From a virus (lineage: Duplodnaviria > Caudoviricetes): a DNA stretch of 64,000 nt. Position 1 is the first letter of the stretch, and each line of letters opens with the position of its first letter. The notes below the pieces were generated by a model. That model saw only the letters and a program-made list of their open reading frames with translations, had not been told where the DNA came from and ran no database searches. Below are positions 44,551 to 54,143 of this stretch, piece by piece. Both the position numbers and the translations under genes were made by a program. Location: the IMG/VR virus record IMGVR_UViG_3300031277_000001, positions 1,466 through 65,465 of that record. One strand, written 5' to 3'.

Positions 44551-46379
44551 TCTCTCTCCTCCTTCTTGGTCTTAGAATCCATGTAAGTAGGATTCTTGAC
44601 GCGCTTCTCTATCATCCTGAGAGCAAGAGTGTCGTCCTTGTCAAGACCTCTCTTCCACTTGTTCTTCAACTTCCACCATGCAATGGCTGAGCGCACCCTC
44701 TCAAGATCTTCATGACTCGTGGCGTTCAAGGACAACCTTGCCACAACAAGTTTAACAAACTCCTCCTCCCTGAGTCTCTCTTTCTCCTTGACCTTCTTGA
44801 TCCAGTGAAGGGTAGGCATCAGCTCCAAGTAGTGCCTTCTCTCATTGCGGTTGTGCAAGTAATACTCGCAATCAGCTTCTGATATCTCGTCGATATTGAG
44901 GAACTCACCGTCGTAGAAACGAAAAGGCACCCTATGCTTCCTCTCATGAGCAGGCTCCCAATAGTCCCATGGATAGACGGTGTCCTTGGGATTGTATCGA
45001 ATGACAAGACGTCGATGGTGACGATCTCCGTCCGCAAGAATCATCCCCTCTACTTGATAGATAACACCGCGAGAGGGTGCCGAGTCGGGGCGAAAAGGAT
45101 ATGTCCTGTCATATATTTCGCTAAAGTAGAAACCAAACTTCCCCATACACACACGAGAACCCACCACAACAGATTTAGCATTCGTCTTAAGAAACTCTTC
45201 CCAGGAGGGATGTCCATCTGAGATCCAGTACTCCTGCTCGGCGTCCCTTATGAGCTCCACCTGGTCGGAAGTGAAGCCGTCCAACTTCATCAAATTGACC
45301 TTCCCGCGGAGTCGTGTTCCCAGAATCTCCGTACGATCAATGAGACCCTGCAAGGCTGCAAAGCAAAACAAGTGTGGACGGACTTCTTTGCCAAGTTGCT
45401 TCTGCAAGTACTCATCGTCCCAGTCCTTGTGTTCCTTGTAGATCTCCTCAAGGCGATCCTTAGATGGAAACAACGTCTCGGGAACCTTCACGTCAGACCA
45501 AATTCTATACAAGTTCTCACCATTCCGAATCAAGAAGTATGTCCGAAAGTTCCCCTCGTTCATACTAGCATTCACCCAAGGGTCATCCGAGTAGTGCTTG
45601 GACTCACGACGGACTCGAAAAGCGCAGACAGACTTCTCCTTGTAGAGAAACTTGTCGTAGTTCTTCGTGATCCACTCATCAAACACCCCTATGGAACGCA
45701 CATCAAGTCCTCCCTCTTCCCACACTCCAGTCTCCTCGTCCATGTAGAGGAGCTGCTGATAGACGGACACGGGCAACTCCTCCGCTGCTCGCTCGCCCTG
45801 ACGAAGAACTATCACCTTCTCGTTCATCCCCATGTACGTCGTCAAAGCGTAGAGAACTCTCGTCTTTCTATCAACCTCAGCTTGTAACAAGGCCAACTGG
45901 TGAAGCATCTCACTTCGCTTCAACTCAAACTCGTACTTCATCCTCTGAAGCTGATCATGAGATGAGCGAAGTTCCATCTTGTTCTGCATCTCAGAGAAAG
46001 AAATAGCTTTGTCTACTTGATTCTCAAGAGATTCAGACACTGCACCCTCAATCAAGGGCTGGTTCAAAATCAACCGATAGTCCATGTCAATGCACTCAAC
46101 AAGGGGGAGGTCGAGTAGTTTCACGTGTTTCTTCACATAACCGCTATCATCAAGAACTTCCTCATACACGGGGATACTCGAGTTAGCCTTGTATTCGTGC
46201 ACGTAGCGATCGAGCGCCTCGTCCCTTTCCCCTCTCTTCTTGATGAACTTGTCAGGAACATACCTCTCGGGAAACAAGACCTTCACCTTGAAGAACTTCA
46301 CAGCAGTGTCTACATCAGGGGCTTCCACATCTACATAACGCCCATACTCTTTGATAAGACCAAAAGAATATCTCTTCAC
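44547..46379 (-). CDS. Hypothetical protein (610 aa)
   Basis: Long ORF with phage-like codon use; coiled coil then QQLLYMDEE segment. Confidence 0.8.
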   Translation of the reverse strand: MKRYSFGLIKEYGRYVDVEAPDVDTAVKFFKVKVLFPERYVPDKFIKKRGERDEALDRYVHEYKANSSIPVYEEVLDDSGYVKKHVKLLDLPLVECIDMDYRLILNQPLIEGAVSESLENQVDKAISFSEMQNKMELRSSHDQLQRMKYEFELKRSEMLHQLALLQAEVDRKTRVLYALTTYMGMNEKVIVLRQGERAAEELPVSVYQQLLYMDEETGVWEEGGLDVRSIGVFDEWITKNYDKFLYKEKSVCAFRVRRESKHYSDDPWVNASMNEGNFRTYFLIRNGENLYRIWSDVKVPETLFPSKDRLEEIYKEHKDWDDEYLQKQLGKEVRPHLFCFAALQGLIDRTEILGTRLRGKVNLMKLDGFTSDQVELIRDAEQEYWISDGHPSWEEFLKTNAKSVVVGSRVCMGKFGFYFSEIYDRTYPFRPDSAPSRGVIYQVEGMILADGDRHHRRLVIRYNPKDTVYPWDYWEPAHERKHRVPFRFYDGEFLNIDEISEADCEYYLHNRNERRHYLELMPTLHWIKKVKEKERLREEEFVKLVVARLSLNATSHEDLERVRSAIAWWKLKNKWKRGLDKDDTLALRMIEKRVKNPTYMDSKTKKEERE

Positions 46380-46546
46380 CCCCTCCTCCTTCCATATCTA
46401 CGCTTGAACTTGCCTCGCTTATGATTGGCTATCCCACGGAACCGCTCAACTCCCTTGTCTGATGAAGAATAACCACCGACATTCCAGTGACTCCACATCT
46501 TCGCCCACATGGAAACTAACGCAAGCATGAAATTCTTTTTCATCAT
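46376..46546 (-). CDS. Small basic hypothetical protein
   Basis: MMKKNF... overlaps the next gene. Confidence 0.45.
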   Translation of the reverse strand: MMKKNFMLALVSMWAKMWSHWNVGGYSSSDKGVERFRGIANHKRGKFKRRYGRRRG

Positions 46547-46547
46547 C

Positions 46548-46820
46548 TTACCGTCCCCCTTCCATCTGGTCGAGCATGGCGCGGAGTGTTCGTGCCCTAC
46601 TTCTGTGTATTTCATCGATACCGGCGCTTGATGCTCCTATGCCCCATGCCAAGCTACGCACCATCTCGATGAACTCCACGGGCACTGAGACGCGGCCGGA
46701 AGGAGTGAATGTGTCATCTAATATATCAGGGCACACAACATATGTCTCATCGTCACTACCGACGGTTTCTAAATGCTCAGTTCTTGTTTTTCCGCAGTTC
46801 TTGCATATCTCATTCATCAC
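46548..46820 (-). CDS. Hypothetical Cys-containing protein
   Basis: CKNCG; SD ggagg. Confidence 0.55.
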   Translation of the reverse strand: MMNEICKNCGKTRTEHLETVGSDDETYVVCPDILDDTFTPSGRVSVPVEFIEMVRSLAWGIGASSAGIDEIHRSRARTLRAMLDQMEGGR

Positions 46821-47004
46821 GCGCCGCCTCCTGCTGCTTTATATAGCGTTTCAATTCTTTTTTAGTTGTTATCTTTTTAGGAAACTTTATAAAGCCCGCC
46901 TTCGTACATTCACACCCATCCCATGCACAGTCTTGGCAGATTGGCTCATGGCAATTATCGCAATAATATTCAGCTTTCGCTTCTCCGCAATTGCTACACT
47001 TCAT
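46810..47004 (-). CDS. Small zinc-finger protein
   Basis: MKCSNCG...CDNC...CQDC...CEC. Confidence 0.55.
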   Translation of the reverse strand: MKCSNCGEAKAEYYCDNCHEPICQDCAWDGCECTKAGFIKFPKKITTKKELKRYIKQQEAARDE

Positions 47005-47005
47005 T

Positions 47006-47203
47006 TCACTCGCTGCCTTTCTTTGATCGGATGATGGAAAGAATTCCTGTTGCCTCTTCCAGCATTCCGCAACAGACACTTATATCATATAAAGGGTTGT
47101 CTTTCCTTGATTCATATTCTTTTATCCGCGCCTCAACCTCCTGCTCCAGATCAATGAGGATGTGGCATTCGTTCGGTTTGCAGATTAAAAAATCTTCGCT
47201 CAT
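47006..47203 (-). CDS. Hypothetical protein
   Basis: ATGA overlap, ggag SD. Confidence 0.5.
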   Translation of the reverse strand: MSEDFLICKPNECHILIDLEQEVEARIKEYESRKDNPLYDISVCCGMLEEATGILSIIRSKKGSE

Positions 47204-47388
47204 TGCTTCTCTCCTTCTTTACGAGAAAGCCTCGATCTCCACCAACGTACAATCAACGGAGTTTCGTGTTTGTATCTATCACATGCCGTACTACGAGGAT
47301 AATCCCACTTACCGGCAGCACATCTGTTACAAACAGAGTTGTCGCAACTATCGCACAATGGTTTTTGCGTAGTGCTGTATGTGATCAT
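47200..47388 (-). CDS. Small Cys-rich protein
   Basis: LCDSCDNSVCNRC...CD. Confidence 0.5.
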   Translation of the reverse strand: MITYSTTQKPLCDSCDNSVCNRCAAGKWDYPRSTACDRYKHETPLIVRWWRSRLSRKEGEKQ

Positions 47389-47579
47389 CCCCTACCCCCT
47401 GCGGCTCTTTCGGCGGCGATGGATTCATTGTGAAGTTTTACGATATGAGCACCATAACTACGTGACACCTTGTCAATGATTATTATTCCAGAGGCGTCAA
47501 TTATCTGGCAACAGCGTCTCGCCTGGTCGTATTTTTTGTGCCATTTTTCTATGTATTCTTTCTTCTTACGCTCCGCCAT
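47385..47579 (-). CDS. Hypothetical protein
   Basis: MAERKK... with gagg SD. Confidence 0.45.
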   Translation of the reverse strand: MAERKKKEYIEKWHKKYDQARRCCQIIDASGIIIIDKVSRSYGAHIVKLHNESIAAERAAGGRG

Positions 47580-47823
47580 GTCGCGCCTCAGATTTTCCCA
47601 AATAATAAGGTCCGTCAATAGAAATGCTTTGCACAAAGAGTACTTCAAATATCTCAGTTCCTTTCGGAAAATCCTTTAGTGAAAATCCATCGACTTTTTT
47701 ATTAGTAAATAACCACGCCTTGTATTTGTTCTCAGACCATCCTTCTTTCTGAGTGTAAAAAACAAGCAAGCCGTCTTCTCTTCTGCGTCCAATTACATAC
47801 ATCTTTTTCTCGACTATAGCCAT
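47566..47823 (-). CDS. Hypothetical protein
   Basis: 85 aa ORF, ggag SD. Confidence 0.55.
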   Translation of the reverse strand: MAIVEKKMYVIGRRREDGLLVFYTQKEGWSENKYKAWLFTNKKVDGFSLKDFPKGTEIFEVLFVQSISIDGPYYLGKSEARHGGA

Positions 47824-47827
47824 ACCG

Positions 47828-48094
47828 TCACTCTCCCTCTTTCGCTTGGGCGCGTGTCAAAGTATATGCAGAGAACCAGTTAAGCTTCCCAAGCTCAATA
47901 ATTATGCAGTGGGGACATAGAAGCCCGCCGCTCGTCTTCGTTGGTGATATATGTATCCACAGATCGTCCGGGATCAACAAGTCCATACGGAAATATCTGC
48001 CACACCGCTGGCACCGACATCCACGGCAATCATCACAGAGAAGGTCAAGGCCAGTCCTTTTGTTGACAATGCAGTGAACGCAATTCGTACTCAT
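47828..48094 (-). CDS. Zinc-finger hypothetical protein
   Basis: CQRCG...D..W..I....GGLLCPHCI. Confidence 0.6.
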   Translation of the reverse strand: MSTNCVHCIVNKRTGLDLLCDDCRGCRCQRCGRYFRMDLLIPDDLWIHISPTKTSGGLLCPHCIIIELGKLNWFSAYTLTRAQAKEGE

Positions 48095-48097
48095 CCC

Positions 48098-48436
48098 TCA
48101 CACCTCTTTCTGTTCGATGGGTTTCCAACATGTATTTGATATCGGCGTATTACCTTCTACTGTGCAATCTTTAGCGTTTCCGCAATTCTTGCACATATCC
48201 GGCTTCACGGCGGCGAGGAGAGAATGCTTTATTTTGTTGTATGCCCTTAATCGCTGTTCATACGTCTTCAAGCCCATCAAGCCACCAGCCTTTTTGAATG
48301 CAGCCCACACATTCTTTCTCTCCCGCGTCACGCGCTGGAGGTCGGCGCGGAGGGTGGTGAGTTCCTCGACAGGAATGAGCGTTGTCGGCTTGCCGATCTT
48401 CTTTTTGTCATGGAAATAATCTATGTCTTCACTCAT
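48098..48436 (-). CDS. Hypothetical protein sharing modules with 13502..14080
   Basis: ELTTLRADLQRVT, LAAVKPD and KPIEQKEV shared; SD aaggag. Confidence 0.6.
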   Translation of the reverse strand: MSEDIDYFHDKKKIGKPTTLIPVEELTTLRADLQRVTRERKNVWAAFKKAGGLMGLKTYEQRLRAYNKIKHSLLAAVKPDMCKNCGNAKDCTVEGNTPISNTCWKPIEQKEV

Positions 48437-48674
48437 CGGTGCGCTCCTTTGGTTGATATTGTTTACATTCAATTATCAATCTTTCAGCCTCATGTGGTAA
48501 ATATTCATACCCATCTTTGGGGAAATTATGCAAAATTGTTTCTGGGTCGTACCCGCACAGTCCTATAATTTCCTTGTGCTTCTCCACACGATCAAAATCA
48601 TCGTATGGCCGCCCCGTCTCTATCCTCCACAATATCGTTGCGTAATCATGCAGTGCCCACCACAAGTCACTCAT
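48429..48674 (-). CDS. Hypothetical protein
   Basis: 81 aa ORF. Confidence 0.5.
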   Translation of the reverse strand: MSDLWWALHDYATILWRIETGRPYDDFDRVEKHKEIIGLCGYDPETILHNFPKDGYEYLPHEAERLIIECKQYQPKERTDE

Positions 48675-48706
48675 CTCTCACCGCCTTTCTCGGGGACGCG
48701 CTCTGC

Positions 48707-48955
48707 TCATGGGCGGGACTCGGGTTCGACAATAGGCTCTGCGTTTATTATTTTTTGCGCTTTCGACTCCATTCCCTCACCCCAGCACTTTTGGCATACC
48801 GTAGTTCTATATTTGTCACGAGGTTTGTCAACATCTATTACGGTAAGGATTGCGACTGGTTTATTTGTGCAACGCGTCCATACTTGAGGAGCAAATTGAA
48901 ACGCCCCAGGACTACGTTGTCCCATACATTGTTTCAAGTCTATGTCGTCTTTCAT
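48707..48955 (-). CDS. Hypothetical Cys-containing protein
   Basis: MKDDIDLKQC... SD ggag/gagggg. Confidence 0.5.
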   Translation of the reverse strand: MKDDIDLKQCMGQRSPGAFQFAPQVWTRCTNKPVAILTVIDVDKPRDKYRTTVCQKCWGEGMESKAQKIINAEPIVEPESRP

Positions 48956-49026
48956 CCCCTCACTCCTTCGCCTTGGCCGCACGGCGGGCGGTGTCTTCTT
49001 CACTCAGCTTTTCCATGCAGTCCTCC

Positions 49027-50436
49027 TCAATCACATCTCAAGCTCTCGAGAGCTGCAGCCTTCACGATCGCTGCCTCACCCTCAACAGTGTTGTCATCAT
49101 GTTCCCTCTCCTCTTCAATCGCCTTGGACTCTCGTGCTCTCACAACCTCTCGTGCTCTCGCAGACTTGATCTCCTCAACTGTCAAGTCCAGGACGACGTC
49201 AAACTCCTGGAGACACCAGGTGACAAATCTCGACCACGTCTTGTTTCCCTGCCCGAAGTTGCCGAGCCTCCACCCCTCCCATGATCGCGCAAACTCATCT
49301 ATGGTGGTGAGGAACTTGTCGATCGTGGCAAACTTTTCCTTCCACGTCTGCACGTGATCCTTGACGTAGTAGTTGTACGCAACGAGGTCCTTCTCGTTCT
49401 TCTTGTACCAAGCGAGAAGAGAGGAAGCCTTCACCAGGTACTCCGATTCTCCCCACTCCTTCCTCTTGTGAGAAAGTAGAACCGACCTCTCCTCCTCAGA
49501 GAGATCAACGCAACCCTTCATCCTACCTTCTCCACGAACCAACTTTGGCTCGTTAAACACACAATAGAGGAACCACGACTTCTGCGCCCCCTTGTTGTAA
49601 AAGAAGTCGTTGATGGACTTGTTGAGAATGTCCTTCCTCTCAGGCTCGTAGCCCTCCACGCGCATGGTGGCAAAGCGCTTCACAGCTTTCCTCACGAGAG
49701 GTTCTACCGGGCGGCCCTCAAACCACTTGAAGTCGATGTTAGAATCCTTGACCCACTTAGGATCAAAGGCGTACTCGCGGACGAGTACGCGTGGGCGGGG
49801 CAGGAGAGTCAGAAACGCTTGTGCTTCAAGAAACAACTTCGGAACGGGCTTGTCAGCGGAAGGGGGGCGATTCGTGAACCCTCCGAGCGGAAGAACTTCG
49901 AGCAGGAGTTCCTTGATCTCATTTCGCAACATGTTCTTCTTCTCAGGCGAGGAATTCTTGAGTCCGAAGGACTCTATACTACTCTGTTTACTATCTGTTC
50001 GTAATACATCTGTAGTTACATTTGTGTGTTTAGCACTATCCATTTGTGTGTTTAGCACTATGGATTTGGTGGTTTCACCAAATGGTGAAACTCCATCCTT
50101 TTCCAACCATGCATCTTCATCTACCAGGGCGTAAGAAAGCTTCCTCTTCCAGGGATCATTCTCAAAGTGTCCTGTGACAATCACGTTCTGCTTCTTCAAC
50201 GAGTTGATGATTCTCTCTACTTGCCACTGCGTCCAGAAAGGAAAGTATGACGCCCACGTGTTGATCGTATTGAACGTCCAGGTTCTCTCTACCTTCTCTC
50301 CATTGATTTCTATGGGATGCATGTTCCTGTTCTCCGCCTTGTTCTTCCTTATCCAGAAGATGAGGGCTTGGAGAATGATAGCCTCATCAACTCCATACTT
50401 CTTAGCGACTTGGGCATCAAAGATGTAACAAGACAT
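49027..50436 (-). CDS. Phage replication initiator (N-terminal wHTH)
   Basis: FD..VA.KYGV.EAI......FWI.KN...RTW..N...W...FPFW...Q..R....L; internal iterons. Confidence 0.75.
   Translation of the reverse strand: MSCYIFDAQVAKKYGVDEAIILQALIFWIRKNKAENRNMHPIEINGEKVERTWTFNTINTWASYFPFWTQWQVERIINSLKKQNVIVTGHFENDPWKRKLSYALVDEDAWLEKDGVSPFGETTKSIVLNTQMDSAKHTNVTTDVLRTDSKQSSIESFGLKNSSPEKKNMLRNEIKELLLEVLPLGGFTNRPPSADKPVPKLFLEAQAFLTLLPRPRVLVREYAFDPKWVKDSNIDFKWFEGRPVEPLVRKAVKRFATMRVEGYEPERKDILNKSINDFFYNKGAQKSWFLYCVFNEPKLVRGEGRMKGCVDLSEEERSVLLSHKRKEWGESEYLVKASSLLAWYKKNEKDLVAYNYYVKDHVQTWKEKFATIDKFLTTIDEFARSWEGWRLGNFGQGNKTWSRFVTWCLQEFDVVLDLTVEEIKSARAREVVRARESKAIEEEREHDDNTVEGEAAIVKAAALESLRCD
50019..50091. repeat. 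Iteron-like repeats, putative replication origin
   Basis: catttgtgtgtttagcactat at 50019-50039 and 50041-50061, then inverted repeat gtttcacca-aa-tggtgaaac at 50072-50091. Confidence 0.65.
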
Positions 50437-50467
50437 ATCATGATCCTCCTGAGAAATAGTCCTACTA

Positions 50468-50504
50468 CATGTTATTGACCTGAACGTGGTGGAGTTTGAA
50501 AAAT
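50468..50504 (-). promoter_or_regulatory. Phage-specific promoter motif, copy 5
   Basis: TTTTCAAAC-13 nt-GGTCAATAA upstream of the initiator. Confidence 0.6.
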
Positions 50505-50552
50505 TGTTGTCTCTTCCAATCTACCCCGAGATCATTTCTATCTACCCCAAGA

Positions 50553-50906
50553 TCAGTCTCGATCTGGTACAACATGATTCGGATCTTCCCCTAGATCCTT
50601 CAACTTGGTGGCTACCATCTCCCACCGGATCTTGTTCATCCTACCCCGGATAAACAAGATGCCGTGTCTCTTGGCGTAGAAGAGCCACCCCTTTACGTTC
50701 TCGTCCTTCTTGACAAGAACATGGTACGCCTCGCAAGTCACGGTGTCCGTGACTCTATCGACATACTCTGCGTGAGAGTGGTGGTGAAGCAAGGCATAGT
50801 TCTTGTACTCCCTCTCCACACTGACGTACCGACAGCAAGTAGTTCCCAGGTAGTACTTGTGTACTATCTTTTGCTTCACGAAGTCCTGCCTCTCTTTAGC
50901 ATTCAT
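50553..50906 (-). CDS. Hypothetical protein
   Basis: MNAKERQ... ATGA overlap, ggaggag SD. Confidence 0.6.
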   Translation of the reverse strand: MNAKERQDFVKQKIVHKYYLGTTCCRYVSVEREYKNYALLHHHSHAEYVDRVTDTVTCEAYHVLVKKDENVKGWLFYAKRHGILFIRGRMNKIRWEMVATKLKDLGEDPNHVVPDRD

Positions 50907-51166
50907 GATCTCTTCTCCTCCTTCTTCTCTATGCATTTGTAGAGGTCGTTGAGATGTATCACCATCATAGTGATGGTCTCGAGGAGCATCTTCTTCCTTT
51001 GAGGAACAGAGTCCTTGATGTTTGCGGCTCCCCACAATAGTCGCAAGTCAGAGTGGAGCTGATCACAGTACGCTTGCTCCTTGTTCTCAGGACGTACGAG
51101 AGCTCTGCCACTGAAGGGACACTCTCCTCTAGTACCGTCCTTAGTAAATCTCGTATCAGTCCCCAT
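50903..51166 (-). CDS. Hypothetical protein
   Basis: 87 aa ORF with aagggg SD. Confidence 0.55.
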   Translation of the reverse strand: MGTDTRFTKDGTRGECPFSGRALVRPENKEQAYCDQLHSDLRLLWGAANIKDSVPQRKKMLLETITMMVIHLNDLYKCIEKKEEKRS

Positions 51167-51251
51167 ACTAGTCCCCTTTCTTGTCCGGGCTGGCCACCGG
51201 GCCGCCGCGTTACACCGGAGAATCTTGGTAGAGTTCCCCGGCGGCTCCGCG

Positions 51252-51629
51252 TCAATCGAGCTCCGAGAGGAGCTTCTGGAGGTCCTCCACGGACTGCCCC
51301 TTCAGGGCTTCGTCCTGCTTGGAGGCGATGATCTCGAGGATCTTCTGCTTCTTGAGCTTCCGCTCCACGGCGTTCTTCTCCGCCAGGGCATCTGCCTTCT
51401 TGACTTCGAAGACGTGTCTGACGATGCCGATCTGCAGAGTGAGGACCTCGTCCTCCTTATCGTCCTCCTTGAGAAGGCTGTCTTCCGTGACTTCCCTGCG
51501 TGCGGAGTTGAGTTCCCTGTAGATGCTGTCCAGTGCACGCGGTGAGAGGTCCCAGAGGTCCTCCGCCGTGATGGCTCCCCGGTAGGGGAAGCGCAACTTC
51601 ATCCTTGCTGCTTTTTCAAACATTTGCAC
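51252..51629 (-). CDS. Conserved phage protein (MFEKA.R.KLRF...EDLWDL family)
   Basis: Recognisable phage family motif; follows the 682 aa gene; probable start ATG 51623. Confidence 0.7.
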   Translation of the reverse strand: MQMFEKAARMKLRFPYRGAITAEDLWDLSPRALDSIYRELNSARREVTEDSLLKEDDKEDEVLTLQIGIVRHVFEVKKADALAEKNAVERKLKKQKILEIIASKQDEALKGQSVEDLQKLLSELD

Positions 51630-51641
51630 CTCCTTGGTGAC

Positions 51642-53690
51642 TTAGAAGTTTACCTTGAGGGTCCTGTTGACGTGACCCTCAACCTTGACTACGACCGAGT
51701 TCCGCTTCGTAGCGGAGAAGCCCAGTCCTGAGAGCTGGTCCGCGGCGTCAACGACGCGCATCCTGCTTCCCAGTGCTTCAAAGACTCTCTTGTGGACCGC
51801 GAGATCCTCCCGGAGATACTCGTTGAAGAATCCGTTCGGGAGCTCGTCGTTGACACTCCCGTTGAGCATGAAGAAGTAGTGACGATGACCGATCCCCTTC
51901 TGATCGTCCCAGTAGTTCGGGGAGTACATGATCACCGACGCGGGGTAGAACTGGTTGGTGTCGAGACCCCAGGCCTTCCGAGACGCAGTGGATGAAGGAA
52001 CGAGTTCCTTGATCGAGAAGCCCTCCTTCGCGGTGTAGGTGACCTCCGCCACGTGAATCCTCTCCCCCTGCCTGAGTGGCTTGTTGTAGGAGAAGCTGTG
52101 AACCTCGCCATCGAACTCGACCTCGGCTGTGAAGCCGGACCGGGCACCCCTTGAAGCGAAGCAGTGCACGAACATCTGATACCTCCCTGGAGGCATCCTC
52201 TTCGTGTCCGTCCAGATGATGTTCTCTACTGCAACCCCTCCCCGAGCCTGTTGTGTGGGAACGATGATGTCAACGTCGAGCATCCCTGTGGAGGGGTGCA
52301 CGTGCATCTTGTTCACGTAGAAGATCTCGTTTCCCCCCGGTTCAATGCAGTGTGCGTCGAGGTCGTTGTTGTTGTCGCCCTCCTCGTTCCACTGGATGGA
52401 GAACCGGAGCACACCGTCAACACGACCTCCCATGGCCTTCACGCGCTCCTTCATGGAGTCCGTGATGTTCCCCGCATAGGCCCACGAGAAGGGGTTCCCC
52501 CACTTGAAGAGCGTCTTGCTGTTGGAAGCCTGAGGGGCAATCAGTGACACCCTGTTGGGTACGAGGCGGTTCTCAAAGAGAACCTCCACTCTCTTGACCG
52601 TCGGCAGGACGTCCTTGACGAAGTCCTCCGCGGAGATCTCCTCGACCTTGGAGAACGACTTCGGGTTGACGGCCACCCCCTGGGCCATGTCGTCGAAGAC
52701 GGACCCCGCGAGCCGCTTGGCCGCGTCCCTGTCCGCGAAGAGGATGTTGTTCACCGTGATGTCGTCGAGTACCGCAAACCTGCGGGGGAGACTCTCGAGG
52801 AGTCCCAGTTCTGTCAGCTTGGCCTCGGCGTCCGCGATCATCTTCTTGGTGTAGATGGCCTTGGGGCGCTTGTAGTTCGAGGGGGCTACGATCTTCTCGT
52901 ACCGCTTGACAGCCTCGTCGAGGTCCACCCCAGTGGTGACGTCGGTGAGTAGTACGCCGATGCTGTGATTCCGGATCCTACTCAGGGCCGGACCGGCTTC
53001 CAGGGACTTCTCCCAGACGTACCAGTCCTTGATCTCGTCGTGGGTGAGTCGGTGGTACATGCGATGATACTGTAAGAACTTCTTGAGCACGGCTTCCCAC
53101 TCCTCACCCTTGTACAAGGAGTTCTGAGCGATGAGTTCCAGCACTGTCTCCACGGCGTCCTGGGAGATCTCCTCCAAGGATCGCTGGAAGACGTTCTTGC
53201 TGTCGCGGAACTGACCACGCCGGGTACCCTCGTCACCTTTCTTGACCACGAACGTAGGAGGCAGCTTGAAGTAGAAGTGGTGCCAGGTCATGACGGAACC
53301 GTCTTCGTGCTCCTCATGGTTCTTGTCCATACCATGTGTACGCTCACTCGTGACGAAGACGTCGGTGATCGCGGCGCGGCGCACGAACTGTGCCATCTTG
53401 TTGATCACGGTCTGGAAGGCGGCGTGACCTATGTCAAAGTCCCAGATGGTGGTGATCTTGCCATCCTTGAGCTTCACCACGTTCCCGAACGTCTTCACGA
53501 AGTGTCTACAAGCAGAGCAGTCGTACTCTCTTCTCTCGCGATACTTCATGTTAGTTCCCTCGGGGAAGGACTCAAGATAGGTGTTCCAGAGAAGGTCCTT
53601 GTCAACACCCACGACAAAAAGGTGCGTTACGTCCTTGAGCATCTCCGTGATGTGGGACTGCATGGAGTCTCTGAATTGCTTGAAGTTCAT
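51642..53690 (-). CDS. Conserved large phage protein with C-terminal YfaP/DUF2135-like domain
   Basis: LW..YL.SF...R.EYDC..CR.F; W.....DLD.HC..P.G..I.Y...G.LDVD...AVENI.W. Confidence 0.75.
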   Translation of the reverse strand: MNFKQFRDSMQSHITEMLKDVTHLFVVGVDKDLLWNTYLESFPEGTNMKYRERREYDCSACRHFVKTFGNVVKLKDGKITTIWDFDIGHAAFQTVINKMAQFVRRAAITDVFVTSERTHGMDKNHEEHEDGSVMTWHHFYFKLPPTFVVKKGDEGTRRGQFRDSKNVFQRSLEEISQDAVETVLELIAQNSLYKGEEWEAVLKKFLQYHRMYHRLTHDEIKDWYVWEKSLEAGPALSRIRNHSIGVLLTDVTTGVDLDEAVKRYEKIVAPSNYKRPKAIYTKKMIADAEAKLTELGLLESLPRRFAVLDDITVNNILFADRDAAKRLAGSVFDDMAQGVAVNPKSFSKVEEISAEDFVKDVLPTVKRVEVLFENRLVPNRVSLIAPQASNSKTLFKWGNPFSWAYAGNITDSMKERVKAMGGRVDGVLRFSIQWNEEGDNNNDLDAHCIEPGGNEIFYVNKMHVHPSTGMLDVDIIVPTQQARGGVAVENIIWTDTKRMPPGRYQMFVHCFASRGARSGFTAEVEFDGEVHSFSYNKPLRQGERIHVAEVTYTAKEGFSIKELVPSSTASRKAWGLDTNQFYPASVIMYSPNYWDDQKGIGHRHYFFMLNGSVNDELPNGFFNEYLREDLAVHKRVFEALGSRMRVVDAADQLSGLGFSATKRNSVVVKVEGHVNRTLKVNF

Positions 53691-54100
53691 GTATTTTCTC
53701 CTTTTGAGTTCTCCTTGTAACCAGGCTCCACACGCTCGAACATCCGAGAGTCGAACTCATACTCCAGGAGAGCGTCATTCTCAGAAGAGTAGAAGAGTGC
53801 CGTGAAGTCCATCAGTTTGGTGAATGCTCCCACTTGATTAGTGTTCACTGGATTGAGGATGACGCGATGTACTTGAACGACATCCTGCTCACGAGGATAA
53901 TTGTAGAAGCCCACATACATCTTCTTGAGCTTCACAATGTCTCCCACAGCCAGGGACTTGATCGGTTGGAAATCCACAGCACGATCTGACGCAGGGATGA
54001 GTTTCAACTCCGCGTCATGGAAGGGGCTCTCCTGCACCACCTTATCCTTGGGAAGAGATTTTCCTTCCGGACTGGGAGCTTTTCGTTTCTTCTTATTCAT
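53687..54100 (-). CDS. Hypothetical protein
   Basis: 137 aa ORF with GGAGGTAC SD. Confidence 0.65.
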   Translation of the reverse strand: MNKKKRKAPSPEGKSLPKDKVVQESPFHDAELKLIPASDRAVDFQPIKSLAVGDIVKLKKMYVGFYNYPREQDVVQVHRVILNPVNTNQVGAFTKLMDFTALFYSSENDALLEYEFDSRMFERVEPGYKENSKGENT

Positions 54101-54143
54101 TCAGTGTACCTCCTCGGTATGTATAGACTTGCAACTGCAAGTA

